Part shown: piece by piece, positions 50,000-62,950 of the stretch | How the letters are laid out: each line of letters starts with the position of its first letter | How positions within the stretch are numbered: position 1 is the first letter of the stretch | DNA from: Phoronis australis | Taxonomy: Eukaryota > Animalia > Phoronida | Direction: 5' to 3' | DNA length: 64,000 nucleotides | Assembly: GCA_002633005.1 (NCBI GenBank) | Contig: NMRA01000966.1 | Coordinates: forward strand, 22,810-86,809 | Position numbers and translations under genes: made by a program | The notes under the pieces: model-generated | What the model was told of the DNA's origin: nothing | Database searches by the model: none | The model's input: the letters and a program-made list of their open reading frames with translations, nothing else

Positions 50000-50834
50000 G
50001 TGAGTAGTCACATGACTTTCTCACCTTTTGTTAATGAACCCCATTGCCCTAGTTAGATCAAGTGGAATTCGCAAATGTTGAACTTCAATAGATCAAGTTA
50101 GGGCTGCTAAATCTTCCCGTTGAAGTAGTGATTAGTTTATTATTTGTTATAAGAAGAGCTATGTGTGTAATACTGACGTGATTGCTTTGGAAGTCGTCTT
50201 GAGTTAAGGTTTGACAAAGAGAGAATTATGAGTTTCTGAGTGATTCACTAAGGCTTCGATTAAAATTGACATCTTACCAGCATCTTCTGTTTTTTCACCA
50301 TCACTCAGATTCCGTTTTCTTTAAAAAATGATGTAATTTTCTTCATTGCACATTGGAGCAGACGACGGAAACGGAGTCGTAGTGCCCAGCGCCGCTGCCG
50401 GTCGCCTGAGATATCGCAGGAGAGCCTATACTTCGTCTTAGTTCTGTTACGATTGCGCCGTGTTCCGAATTTGACACTTGCAATTGGAACCCCCCCCCAA
50501 ACACTAAAACGGCACACATTTAAATCTTGTTTCAGCCGTATAATTTTAATTACCGGGGTTAATTAATAAACTCAACATTTCCCTACGCTCTTGCTGTTTT
50601 ATTTTGGGTCCACCCCCCTATATCCGCCTATGCCCTAAATGCTGAAACTTAAGCCCTGTTACTTGCAAATTACAAAACAGGAAGGAGTTTTGCTGGTGCC
50701 ATAATTCTAGCAACCGGTTGAGGACACTCCAAGCCTCTTTTTAAGGCCAAATATCGGCCCCACTCCCCTATGGAAATATTTTAAAATTGCACGCAATTCC
50801 ACTCTTGAGACCCATAAAATCCCTGGCTCCAGTG

Positions 50835-53411
50835 CAGGGCTCGACATTAGCAATAGTTCGACTGTCCGGGACAACCAATTTTTTGGTCCGGACAAGCTCA
50901 CGGCCGAGCAACATGTCCGACAGGACAAGTTGATGAAATTTTGGAAACTATAGTAAATCTGAACGATCAGAACTTCTTCGTAGCAGTGATAACTCACTTG
51001 TTTAGTCATGAGTGGCGGTAAGATGTGGTGCAAATTGCCAAGGTGTTGTTTAGATTATGCAGGAGCTCATGATTGGACGCGATCCAAGGCACTTGCATTC
51101 GAATAGTTCTAGCCAAAGTGACGTGTTCTCATTTAAATACACGGCAGTATCTCGCGTAATCTGGCAAAGTTTTGATTTTAGCTAGGTCCTAGCGTAGTTC
51201 CGAGCGTTTTGACCGCACGCCAGGTTCCCGACGATTTGTCTCATTCGTCTTGGTTAATAATGCATGTTTTTAACGACTTTCACTTCTGACACCAAAATGG
51301 AAGCGCCCAACCAAAGGCAAGAGCGCAAAAAACCAGCTTGCAATTCCGCATGTCAGACATTTTGTCCACGTTCCACGACAACAAAAACTTAAGTTTTTTG
51401 AACTTTTGATTCGCCTAATGACTTTTTGCAAGATGTGTTTTTGCTTCATTATTTTAACAGATGAACAAATAACCCTATTGCCTAATATTAGTATCTTTCG
51501 ATTGTTGAGCAGTGCTTTGAATGAAGTGGTGTTGACTTCGAACTCAAAAAGAAATATACAATGTATATAAAAATGTTACACTGTTGAAAGTATTCAATAA
51601 GAAGACCTGTCAATCATTAGCATGTGTTAGGTTGTATATCTAAGCTCAAAGTATTCAGTAAGACCTGTCAATCATTGGCCCATGCTTGGTTGCGTAAGTG
51701 TCCAGTGGGAAGCAAATCTTTACACAATGAGTGCTTCCCTTAAAAATACGCCACGAATTAGCGGAGTCTTGTTTAATCTGTCTTTATTCTCAAGAAACTT
51801 GCCCGACTGAACGCACGACTACCTGTAGGAATACTTTAGGTACGTAAACACCCAATCACACTCAGGATCACGACGCCACTGTATCGTGTGCGCAGGCCGT
51901 CGAAGACCAGTATTTCAATCCCCCGACTTATATTTTAACTGATGTGCTTGAAGTCCGACATTAGTGTAGCTTTGTCAGAGTAAAATCGGTCCTCCATGCA
52001 GTAAGCGACAACTCTTTGCAAAATTTTCAACTTTAACTGCCCATGCTAGGTGTACCGCACTCGCACTGTTTTTTAAATTCCCAATTTAAGTGCCGTGGGC
52101 AGTTACGCGAACAAGTACGGAAACTCAAATATCAATCATTTGCTCGTTAACACATTTTGACACTTGATCGTTAAAACTTTTGACTTACTGACTGTACTTC
52201 GGGAGCAAGTTTTCGGTTTTACAGAATTTGTTAAATGCACGACACTTTTCATTGTTCACAGTCTTTATTCCGTTACGTTTGTACTTTCGGAACAAAACTC
52301 TTCTCTCAACTGAACATAGATACAGTAACTGACCTAGCGACATAATTAAAAGACACGATATTTCGAAACATACTTGCTTCATTCTCAAGTGAAGATAAAA
52401 TGACGCAGTAATGTGTCATTTTATCGTACCCCCTGTTAACCCCCTTCGTTAGTCATTCTTTGCAGTATTTCACACCCGCTGTGTCTCACTGTGTGTGTCG
52501 TCAGCTTATACTCTGTGGTGGCATTACTGCGTCATTTTATCTTCACTTGAGAATGAAACAAGTATGTTTCGAAATATCGTGGGTCTTTTAATTATGTCGC
52601 TAGGTCAGTTACTGTATCTATGTTCAGTTGAGAGTAGAGTTTTGTTCCGAAAGTACGAACGTAACGGAATAAAGACTGTGAACAATGATAAGTGTCGTGC
52701 ATTTAACAAATTCTTTTGATTTACGTATAAGACTCACGTGTAGTAGTGATAACTCGCTAGCACATGTTAATAAAACTTTACGACATTCCACTGTCTTACG
52801 ACGTGCGGAAACTGTCGTCTTCGCCGGTGGCTTTAGTTGCAATGTCGAAATAGATACTTAGTTTACGTATGGTTTCAAGTCAAGGAGCTCTAATCTTGCA
52901 ACTGGTAACCAAACCAAAGGACATGAAACCACCAAACAACAGTATGAAACCAGTAAACAAAAATGGGAATTCCTTCTGACTGAATGCAAGGAAGATTTTG
53001 ACTGTTTGACTGGTTATGGTATGATAGCGACCAGAAATAAAATGTGTTGTATCCCGTGTGAAAAATATGCCGACGCAAACAGTTTATCTCTTGCGTCTGG
53101 GTCAGATGTGTTCAGGATCGACTTTTTAAAAAAGTCACAAATGGTCGACGGCTCACTCAGCAGCTTATGAAAAACGTATACTGAATTGAAAAGCCAGGGT
53201 AAACTTGTAGCGTGTTCACTGATGAAATCCAAGTACTACACGTTTATTGAGCTTGTGCTGACAGGTATAATGTGCGACATTTATATACGTTTGGAAAGTG
53301 TAATTTGAGTTTAATTACCTTTGGATAAGTGTTTTCTAGGTCAGGACAAGTAAATTTCATTTCTACTTGTCCGACTGGACAAGTTAATATAAAAGTTAAT
53401 GTCGAGTCCTG
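50835..53411. mobile_element. Non-autonomous hAT-like DNA transposon with 5-bp TSD, about 2.58 kb
   Basis: CAGTG|CAGGGCTCGACATTA ... TAATGTCGAGTCCTG|CAGTG (TIR 14/15); GGACAAG subterminal repeats at both ends. Confidence 0.85.
52223..52714. repeat. Inverted repeat, arms of about 190 bp, spacer about 108 bp
   Basis: 52223-52413 versus 52522-52714 reverse complement, about 95% identical; mirrored ORFs 52185-52388(-) and 52495-52719(+). Confidence 0.92.
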
Positions 53412-53478
53412 CAGTGATGTAAAAAATTACCCTTAACGTTTTAATTTACTCTGGAAAATGTTAGTTTCGGCTACTTAA

Positions 53479-54389
53479 GGTTGTCTCAAACTTTATTCAC
53501 AAAAATTGTCTATGTTTTCAATGTTTTACGTGTCTAGCAAAATTCTTCATCTTTATTCTCGGGGAACTTCAAATACAAAATATATACCGTGTTATGAGAA
53601 AAAAAGATTTAGCAGAATCACCTTGGAACCGCACAACCGCGAGGATATTTGTTTACTACTTATCTGAAGTCAGAGGTTACAGGGCTGCCACACAAATCGA
53701 ATTTCCCGCCAGGTACAGAGCAGCTTCATATGTGCCCTCAGTCCTTTCATTCACCGAGTCGCCATAATATTGAGTCAATGAGGTATACATATGATCGAAT
53801 ATTGCCGGGGAAAACTAAGACAAAACATAGTTTTGGATCTTGAGCTGAGGGAATAGCGCGTCTACATGCATACAACCGTTGAGAACAAATGCTACGAGTC
53901 GCCTCATTCCTCTATGGTTACAAACACAGGAAGTTGTAAAAAGAGATAAATTCCTTGATTAATAAGTAATTTGACATTTCGCTGTTTCAATCTCATGCTA
54001 ACAACGTGCTTTTACCACGGACTCAATTTGGTTTCATATCAGTCCCAACTTAGGAACACGAGTTCTCGAAAATGGCTCGGTGAATTTATTCATTAATCTC
54101 AGAAACGCTTTTAGGATTTTCGATATTGTAAAAGCCTGGTTTTTGTGTAATGTAACAAAGATGAATACGACTTCTATTTCTCACAAAAATACCTCATGTT
54201 TTCCGAGTTGATTTGTCATAGAAACCTAACGAAAAGACTAATAAAAAATTCCTAACAGCTTTTTTGAGGTATGGTAACTGACGAAGTTTTCATTTAAAAA
54301 ATGTTTGAATTTCATTAAAATCGACCGAGGGATTATTTTGCTATGAATGTACCTTTCTTAAAAATTTTGACTTAAAAAGGTGTTAATAT

Positions 54390-54420
<31 letters not shown>

Positions 54421-54599
54421 TTAATAATAATAATATTAATAATAATAATAATAATAATAATGGTACATAAATACAAAACCCATTTTTATATTCCCTGATC
54501 TTTTGTCTTTCAGAAAATATGTACTTTTACTTGTTACAAAGCTTAGTTTTTTGACATACGAGTTAGAATGGAGGCCACTAAATAAGGTATGAGATAACC
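53479..54599. mobile_element. Kolobok-like MITE with TTAA TSD
   Basis: TTAA|GGTTGTCTCAAACTTTATT ... AATAAGGTATGAGATAACC|TTAA (TIR 16/19). Confidence 0.75.
54385..54461. repeat. (AAT)n microsatellite, interrupted
   Basis: Direct observation. Confidence 0.95.
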
Positions 54600-55969
54600 T
54601 TAAGGCTTTGCTGTTGAGGGCTGACGACTATGGGTAGAATGAATTGGCGGTAGCCAAGGGAGGCAGAGGTAGTACTTTCCCTCAACCAAAAACTTCACAC
54701 AGGTACCTTTCTCTTCAGGTGAGCGAGAGCCCTGATGTTTATGAAAGTTTCTAAAAAGTTGTCACTCTTTATTTCTCAAATGGTTCAAGTTAACTGTATG
54801 GATCTTTTCTTCATATTACTGAGTTTTCTAGTGTCTCACTCACCTGTAACATGTTGTTCTAGCATTAATGTTTTTGACTGTGAAATAGTGGAGTCAGATT
54901 TTGTAATTGTTGTTCACTCCTTTCACAATTCAGCTGACAAAAAGTTTCACTTTGTGCTTTGTTGGAGTGATGTGAGGTTTGTTGGCAATGCTTGATTACG
55001 CCTACAGTACACTGAGCAGTAGCACGTGTGAATTTTGTTGTTACAATATGTTTTGAGCATCAGTTTGGGCACGCTCATGCCTATAAATTTCCAAATGTAA
55101 TGAGTTAGGCTTAGTGAAGTCTTAGTGACTTATTTTTGTCTATGTCACTACGAGAATCCTTGTGTGGTGTTCTAGTGAGACGCCTGTCAATGCAACAATT
55201 TTTAGCCTTTCCTCCTTTGTTCTGTCCTCTGTGTTCTGTGAAGATGTCATATGGTGCGAAAAAGCTAGTTTAGTTGAGGAGCTTACATTAGAGTGATTAA
55301 ATCATGTTTTCTCTAATTCGTAGCTTATGTATTGCTATGACTTTCTGGATACCCCAATACATCTAAAATAACAAAACATGAATATGTTCATTAAGAAGGG
55401 CTTTAAAATTTCTCGGGGATCCCTAACTTATAAAAAGTTAGCGGATTCCAGTAATTTGAGTTGCTCCCAGGCGTCACACTCTTCCCCTCAAGACCCCTGG
55501 TCGCCACACCTGTGTGGGGGACTACCAAAAATTAGCACTGCGGTGATGTGGAAGAGTGTTGTAAATTTGTACGGCGTGGTGATGTGGATTGTGGCAGGTT
55601 TGCCCCGCGATGCCTTTGGATCAGTTTAGAATTATCATTGTCACTCGCAGCACTCAGAAGATGGTTGAAAAGTCTCTCCTAAAGTGGTCCGCAATAGCAT
55701 CCCTTGAAATGCCTACTGTTTAACAACTAGAGTTACCAATATGGTAATCGTGTTGTTAGGATGAATGGTTTCACAGAACATTGTCATGTTCTTTTATTGG
55801 AATGTTTATTTCCTTTGTCAAAATTGGTTTGCTTTCTGAATTGACTGCATCAAGCAAAAGACCTTGGTTAACTCTCACCAATTGATATTTTAAAATTTTG
55901 AAAGGGCTCCTACATTGCTGTGAATGTCAACAATTCTTCATCATCTCATGGTAGTCACGGTATACAGTT

Positions 55970-58060
55970 GGGCAATTCCGTGAAAAGGTCAACCTCGAGA
56001 CAAAAAATTAAGATTGTGGCTACACTAACATTTCTGGTCTCATGTGAAAGCCCCATTCTCTGTAGTTTCAGGACCCATATTTGACTGTCCTATAACTTTC
56101 AATTTTTTGCTTAAATGAACCCATTTTTGGGGTCACTAGACCCTAAAAAATTAGCTCGATTTTCATGTGTGTTGTTAACTATTGTCATAAACACTATTGT
56201 CCAAAATTTTGGATCTCGGGGGGATTATTCGTTTAGTCAGAAATTGTGGGACAGACGTACAACAAATTTGTACGTCCATCACGTACATCCGTCACACCCA
56301 TGAAATTGCAATTTTTCAGCCAATAGTATATGCAAATAACAAGAGACCTAAAGGAATACATGTCAAGTTGCTATTGCACTGAAATCAACATGTTATTTCT
56401 GCTCTGACCTGCTATGCTGTGTTTTGTGTTGAAAAAGCCAATACGGGGAATTTTCAAGCGGTAGGAATCTGTCACCTACTTTACTGAGCATTTTTGACAC
56501 ACCCTCACTGGCTGTAGGCACTCTTTTTTGTTTTCAGTGTATTGGGTCATTGGGTGGCTTGTATGAAATTATTTCATAGCAAATGATTACATTGTCTCGT
56601 CTTACATAGTTTTGATCCTTCAACCTTTTTAAGAATTTAAGTGGACTAATTTTTTTCTGCTGAGCTTCAGCGAGATTAAACCACATTTAGAAAGGATAGA
56701 GGAACTTGTTGGAGACCACGAGAAGAACAGTAGCAACCAAGAGAAGAATAAATATCTGCTGGAATATTCTCTGAAACTAAAAAACAATGCCATTGTGGAT
56801 CAAGAAATTCATAATTGTACTTGCTCGTACTGTGATGTGGCATTATTTAAAGCCTCTCTTTAAATTTGAAAAGAAGACATGAGTTAAAGAGCTGGATGAA
56901 AACCTAATCATTATAATCACTAAATAGAAACCAGCATCTGATAAGTTAGCTCTACATATTCCTAAATCATAATCCTAAATGCAATTGGTTTAAAATGTCT
57001 TGTTTTCACACTGGAAGACAGCACGTGTGATTTGAATCAAAATATGAATGCCAAAAGTCGATGATGTTCACTAAACCATAGTCCTGTTACTAATACTTTA
57101 AAAACATCACAGTTATTACTTACATGGTCATGCATCACAACCATCGACAGCATGGACCAGAGAATAATTTTGTACAAACTCACAGGACATGTTATAATTT
57201 AAAAACAATTAATAAAAATGCATTTTCATGAGTAATTAGTAATGTTTCAAAATTTATTTCACATTTTATATTTTGACTGTCATATTTACTTATTAGTTTT
57301 GAATTAGTGTTCTAATTAACGCTTAAAAATAGATTTTCCTGATAACTAACAGCTGTCAAATACAAAATGATTATGATCACTCTCATTCCCATCGATAATG
57401 CTTTCCCTCTTCAAAAGGAAGTGAAGATTGTATTAGATTGTTTTATATCTTTAATCAAATTCATTGAAAAGTTAAAATCCTAGAGTATATTCCTAGTATA
57501 GCCCTAACTGTGATGATTTTGTGCAGAAGGTCAATCGGTACATTTTAATTAAGTAACATTGAATGAGTAGTGAAAGACCAATATAGCTTAAATACTGCAA
57601 AATTTTGAATCATTCTGAACTGATATCTTAGTCACAACAAACAATTTAACACTAGAAATTCAGAGCATAGGTCCATCACGTACGTCCGTTACAGTAACTT
57701 AACATATATGGAGCTGTTAGACAAAAATTTCTTTGCAGATATCATCAAAAAAATTAGTGTAATGTATTTTGCAAACATTCCACTAAATCATCATATAAAA
57801 CATAAAATTGTAACTTAATGCAACTCACAAAAACTTAACGTTAAATTTTTTTTAAATTCAAATTCTCTGCGTACATCCGTTACACCCCTTTAAAGGCAAT
57901 TTTCTCAGTCGGATTAAAAGATAGGGGAAAAGTTTTTACATGCTTTGAAAGCTATCAGTGAGACCTATCAATTGCTGTATTATTTTCCTAGGGTGAACAT
58001 TTTTTTCACAGTTGATCAAAATGTTCTCTGATTGTACGTCCGTCACAAATGGAATTGCCC
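55970..58060. mobile_element. Non-autonomous DNA transposon, Sola2-like (GGG termini, about 4-bp TSD)
   Basis: AGTT|GGGCAATTCC ... GGAATTGCCC|AATT. GTAC(G/A)TCCGT(C/T)ACA subterminal repeats at about 56270-56297, 57680, 57872 and 58034. Confidence 0.65.
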
Positions 58061-61000
58061 AATTAAATTAATAAACATTTATTTGGTGCTACTTATCTTA
58101 TGAAACAAGTAAAAAACTACTGCTTACTTTTACTGTGTTCAAAGCGATTATAACTTATAAGACTTATTGATAGCCTATCTTGACCGGTAACACTTGTAAA
58201 ATTGGTTCCTACAGTATATTAAGAGCATCCCTCTGAGCCCACTTGTGCCATAAATTGCCAAATGTAATGAATTGTTAGGCGTATTGGCTTGGTTTAATGT
58301 CTACGTCACCACCAGAATCACCTTTTAATTGAAACAGCTGCGAATAATGCACATAATGGTGTTCTAATCAGACCCCTGTTCAATGAACTGTTTTTTGTTG
58401 TTTTTGTGTGCTGAGATCTCGCGGTGATGTAATGTAGAAAAAAGACAACTTCACCTATCATTTGACGAGCCTACCTTTGCGTGATTAAACTCGCATGTTC
58501 TTATTTTGCTAAGGTTTTGCCAGGACTACCTTGTTAGCCCAATCTATCTAAAGTAACAAAATTTCGTTGAAGTTATGCTTTAAAGGTTATAACTCTTGGT
58601 CTGCACACTTTTAAACAGATTTTGAAAGTTGTAACTGTAGCAAGGTTGTAATCCTTTGTGAGGTTGGTTTAGCAAGAGGTTTTAACTGTTGTGACTGACC
58701 GTGACCGTTGCAGTTGAAAAAGTTATTACTCAGTAGGTAGTGCTGCTGTGCAATCTTATTGGCATCAAAGGCGCACCAAGGCACTAACTGGGGGTGAAGT
58801 GAACAGCGATAGAACTGACATCTTGTGACTGAAGCTAGGAACTAGGGTTACAACAGTTGTAACTTTCTATGTGAACAGTAACTATTTCATAACAATTAAA
58901 ACTGTGGAAAGTTACAATTGGGTTTAGTCGGTCTGAATGCAGCTTGTGTAAGCTATGAGATGTTATGGGTATGATGGACTTGTAGGAATAATTAAGTGTT
59001 CATTTTTCCGTTAGGCAGTGCAGACCGAAAGTAAAAGTTTCATGTAACAAAATGTTTATTGCCATGCTTCTACTTCACAATTTGTTTTGAAAATGTTTTT
59101 AGTTTGTTATTGAAATTTGGAGGAAATTTTGTGGAGTCGAATTGAAGAATTTGGATGATGGAATGGATTTATCTGGAGGAATTTGAGAAATTCAAAGAAA
59201 AACATGTTTTGCAAGGTTAGCAAGGATTTGTAGTTTTTTGTTAAAATATCAAATTTACGCAGCTGTAACTACACTTTTAAATTGCCCTTGCTACTTGTCA
59301 ATGCAGAAATAATATCTGTTGCCAGGTATAGATTAACTAATTCAATAATCATTCAATCATTCAGTCACTTGAGTTTTGTTCTTTATGTAATAAGCTACCT
59401 TCGTTACCAAAGATTAAATTTTTTGAAAACAGCTTTGAAGTCTTTATAGTAGATGCTTCAATCTTTATATTTTTTAAGTGTTTGCTAATCGCAGCACTTT
59501 ATCATGCACGAAAGCAATGCTCAGATTTTCATAATCACGTGATTGTTTTTTTTTTCAAAAATCACAAGTTTGTAGAAACTAAATGCCGTATTTACTATTA
59601 ACACGAATTGGTTCACAGGAAACATGCAAATTTCGTTGTTTTTTTTTTATTCTATTTACTATTAAACGTGTTTGGGATTGTCTTTTAATGCTGTTTAGCC
59701 TGAAAGCTCAGCTGTCAACAATCAAGTCTGTTGACGTCAAATCAAAGGAAGTCGACCTCTTCATTTTCAATTGAGGACTGAAAGGCTGAAAATCCCAGGC
59801 ACAGTTTTGTTGAAAAAGTGCAGTCTCATGATGACAAATATCTGGTCATTTTTTTGTGCACTGATAAAGATTCTGTGATCATCAAGGATTTTAAGAATAT
59901 GTTATTTTTTTGGTCTACTATTATAGTTAGAAATTTGATCCTTGGTATCCAAGGGTTTTTTTGCAGACTGCTCAAGATCAACTTTTCTGAGGCTGAGCTG
60001 TCCAACTTGTCAGGCCTTAATCTTGACATAAGATAAGGTGACAGTAATCAGAACCTCTTCCATTGTACTTTTCCAGTAGTTATTGTTATTAATCATTTGT
60101 GGTTGGGAGCAATCTATTCCATGAGCTCTCCAAATCAAATCATCATTTAATTCAAGTATATTGGTCTCCAACCCCCGTCACAAATTGTACACAAGAACAA
60201 ACTGACTAATTCAAAATTCAGTGCAAACAACTACAAGGATTCACACATTGTACCAGGTTTCTTTCGAATCATTTAAAAGCTATTAGCTGACCTCTTTCTT
60301 CTGCTTTTATAAATTAAAATAATATCCAAATTTTAAGATATCAAATGTCTTGTCAAGCTCTCTCTCTAGTCATAACTGCAACAAGGGGATCTGTCTCGTG
60401 CCAAGGTAAAGTAATAAATGGAAGCGCCCGGATCAAGCTACACCTGGAGAAATGAAATGAAGAACTTACAATTGAGGTTGATGACAAAAACAAGAATACC
60501 ATCGTCTTGACCACAATCAAGACGTCCATGATGATGCTGGCAATGATAGGCTTCCAGCTATTCACGATGCATAGTGTAAATTCCACCCTGATTAGATAGG
60601 AAATGCTACCTGTAATGTGCTAACAAAGAAACAAACAAAAAATAAACAAACACTATGACAAAGTAAAAGATTTGAAAAAATTTCATTTCACCTTAACACT
60701 ACGTAAATTTCCTGAAAAGTGTAATACTTAACACGAAGACTATAAGTCAACGAATTGCTCTATAAGAACAGTCATCTGACCTGTAAATCTCAAATATCTT
60801 GAGAGCGGCAAGTTACAGCGAGAAATGGGTTTCAAGTTACTGATAATGCTTGAAACGATTTATTCACATACCGGGAATGCCGATGGTACGGCACAAAATC
60901 TCAATTAATCGTAGACCTCTCGTCGGAAATTCTTGAATAACTTGAGAACAGTAAGGCCTAGAAAAACAATAAATAGTGAAAAATGGCTGTCACAATGCCA

Positions 61001-61499
61001 TCTTGCTTCCAATTTTAACCAAAATACCATGAAATGTGACTTGTGGCATGCAACAAAGAAACAAACAAATTCTATGACAAAGTAACAGACTTGGAGAAAT
61101 TTCATTTCACCAAATCAAAATTACTGACGCTTGAGTAATGTAAAAGAAACATGGCATGATCAATCGACCTTGAATAACTTGAAAAAGTAGGCCACAGAGA
61201 AAAATGGATGGCAGTGTGCAGACAGCACTTGCTGAGATCTTTCTACGCTTGAGATATGTCATGAAAACACAATTCAAGAGCAATCCGGGGATATTTTGGA
61301 ACAACTTGAACGGTATGTCATAGATGATAACAGGTGGCACACATCCAATAGTCCCTGAAATGGTCTTTCCACAGAAAAAATGCTTAAATACCGTCCAAAG
61401 ACAAGGGAACTATGGCTCAGCAGACCAAAAAAATAGCAAATGGCCAGCACTGCCCCATCTTGTGTCGGATTTCGAGCCATTTACAAGGTATATTTTTTG

Positions 61500-62950
61500 G
61501 AAATTTCATGATGATCGGATTAGAAAATTAATGTGACCTGGAGCTTGCGAACAAAAAAAGTTAACGGAAGAATAAAATACTAGAGAAGTTTCCACACAGT
61601 TCAAATTACATTAGGGACAACATCTCACAAATCACGCTCGACACCTTCCCATCTTCCTACCACAAACCTCAAATGAAATTGCGTATATTATCTAAATTGA
61701 GCCATAATTTGAATATTTCTGAAGGATTCTATACCTGTTACATACACTACAATTCTCGATAGGAAAATTAGTTTTATATAACTTTTAACTTATAACTGGC
61801 TTATATGACTAGAAATATCAGCAATCTGTTTTTATCTTTCAATATTCAATATCTAAGCAACGCTGTATAAATGCCTCAATAATTCTATATTATTGACTCC
61901 ATCCTAGTCAAATCACACAATACCAAAACCTGTAGAAACATTTTGTTTTTAGCATTCCTTTTGTCTTTCAACCATTTCTAACTGGAATTCATAGAATACG
62001 CTGATGTATCTGTAATAAGATTAATTTAATAATTTTAACCAGTTTTTATGATTCAAACTCAATTCTGGCTAATCTGCTTACTATCCCAGTCAGTCTGCCC
62101 AGTTCACCTCGCGTTGGTACCAAGACTCAACAAAAATTTACTAAATCTATTTTGAACCCTCTTACTAGCAACACCTTTGCGAAAGCCCCAAAGCTCGCTC
62201 CCTTACATCAGACTAGGTAAAGTTTTTGTGTCAAATATTTTCAACTAAAATAGTGAACACGTGAGAATGTCGGCAGTATAAATTTCTTCATAACACAAAT
62301 ACCCTTTGTATTGATACGCGATTTCCTCTTACTATGTACGTAGAGTTGGTTAATCTGTTTTTGTAAGGAAATTGCAGTTTGTGCAAAATATTAGCAAGTT
62401 GTCCACAAACAGTAAAATAATAAATTTAACAGTCTTACGGTTACTGGTGACCCAGTTGTTTTATTGAGTTTATTCAAGGTCATTCTGGTATAAGGGGCAT
62501 AAGAAATGTGACATTTGACATTCTCGTCTCACCTCCAAATGATAGGCAAAGTAACCTGTCACCAGTCCGTCATTGTCCAATCGCACATAAATTTTCTCAA
62601 GAATTACGAAAGATCCCTCCAATACTATTCCTAATAATCTTATGTTTTAATCCGTCCATTCCGCCAGACCCAGTCGAACACTTTATGAAAATACACAGGC
62701 AATAAAGTCTTCCTATCTGCTTAGAAATGTATTTAGAAGTGAGTGTACTTGAAACAAACATGTTGTCTACAGTGCAGTAACCTTTACAGAAACCCTCCTG
62801 AGTCTCATTTATGATCTCATTATCAGACAACTCTTTATGTAATCTGTTGCGAATCGCTTTTGAAAATATTTTACCTGTGAACTGTAGCAAGGCAATTCCT
62901 CTATAATATCCAGGATCGTTTCTGTTCTCATTTTTATGTGCATGCATTTA
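61500..62950 (-). mobile_element. Decayed, 5'-truncated non-LTR retrotransposon (RTE-X-like ORF2: RT to C-terminal region)
   Basis: HKNENRNDPGYYRGIALLQFTGKIFSKAIRNRL...QEGFCKGYCTVDNMF (RT domains 1-2a). Downstream VVGRWEGVERDL near 61630-61665 resembles the IE.GRW motif that precedes the C-terminal zinc knuckle. Confidence 0.8.

Noticed and set aside
52185-52719. Two near-identical opposite-strand ORFs suggesting a duplicated small gene
   Set aside because: A simple consequence of the inverted repeat; no coding signature.
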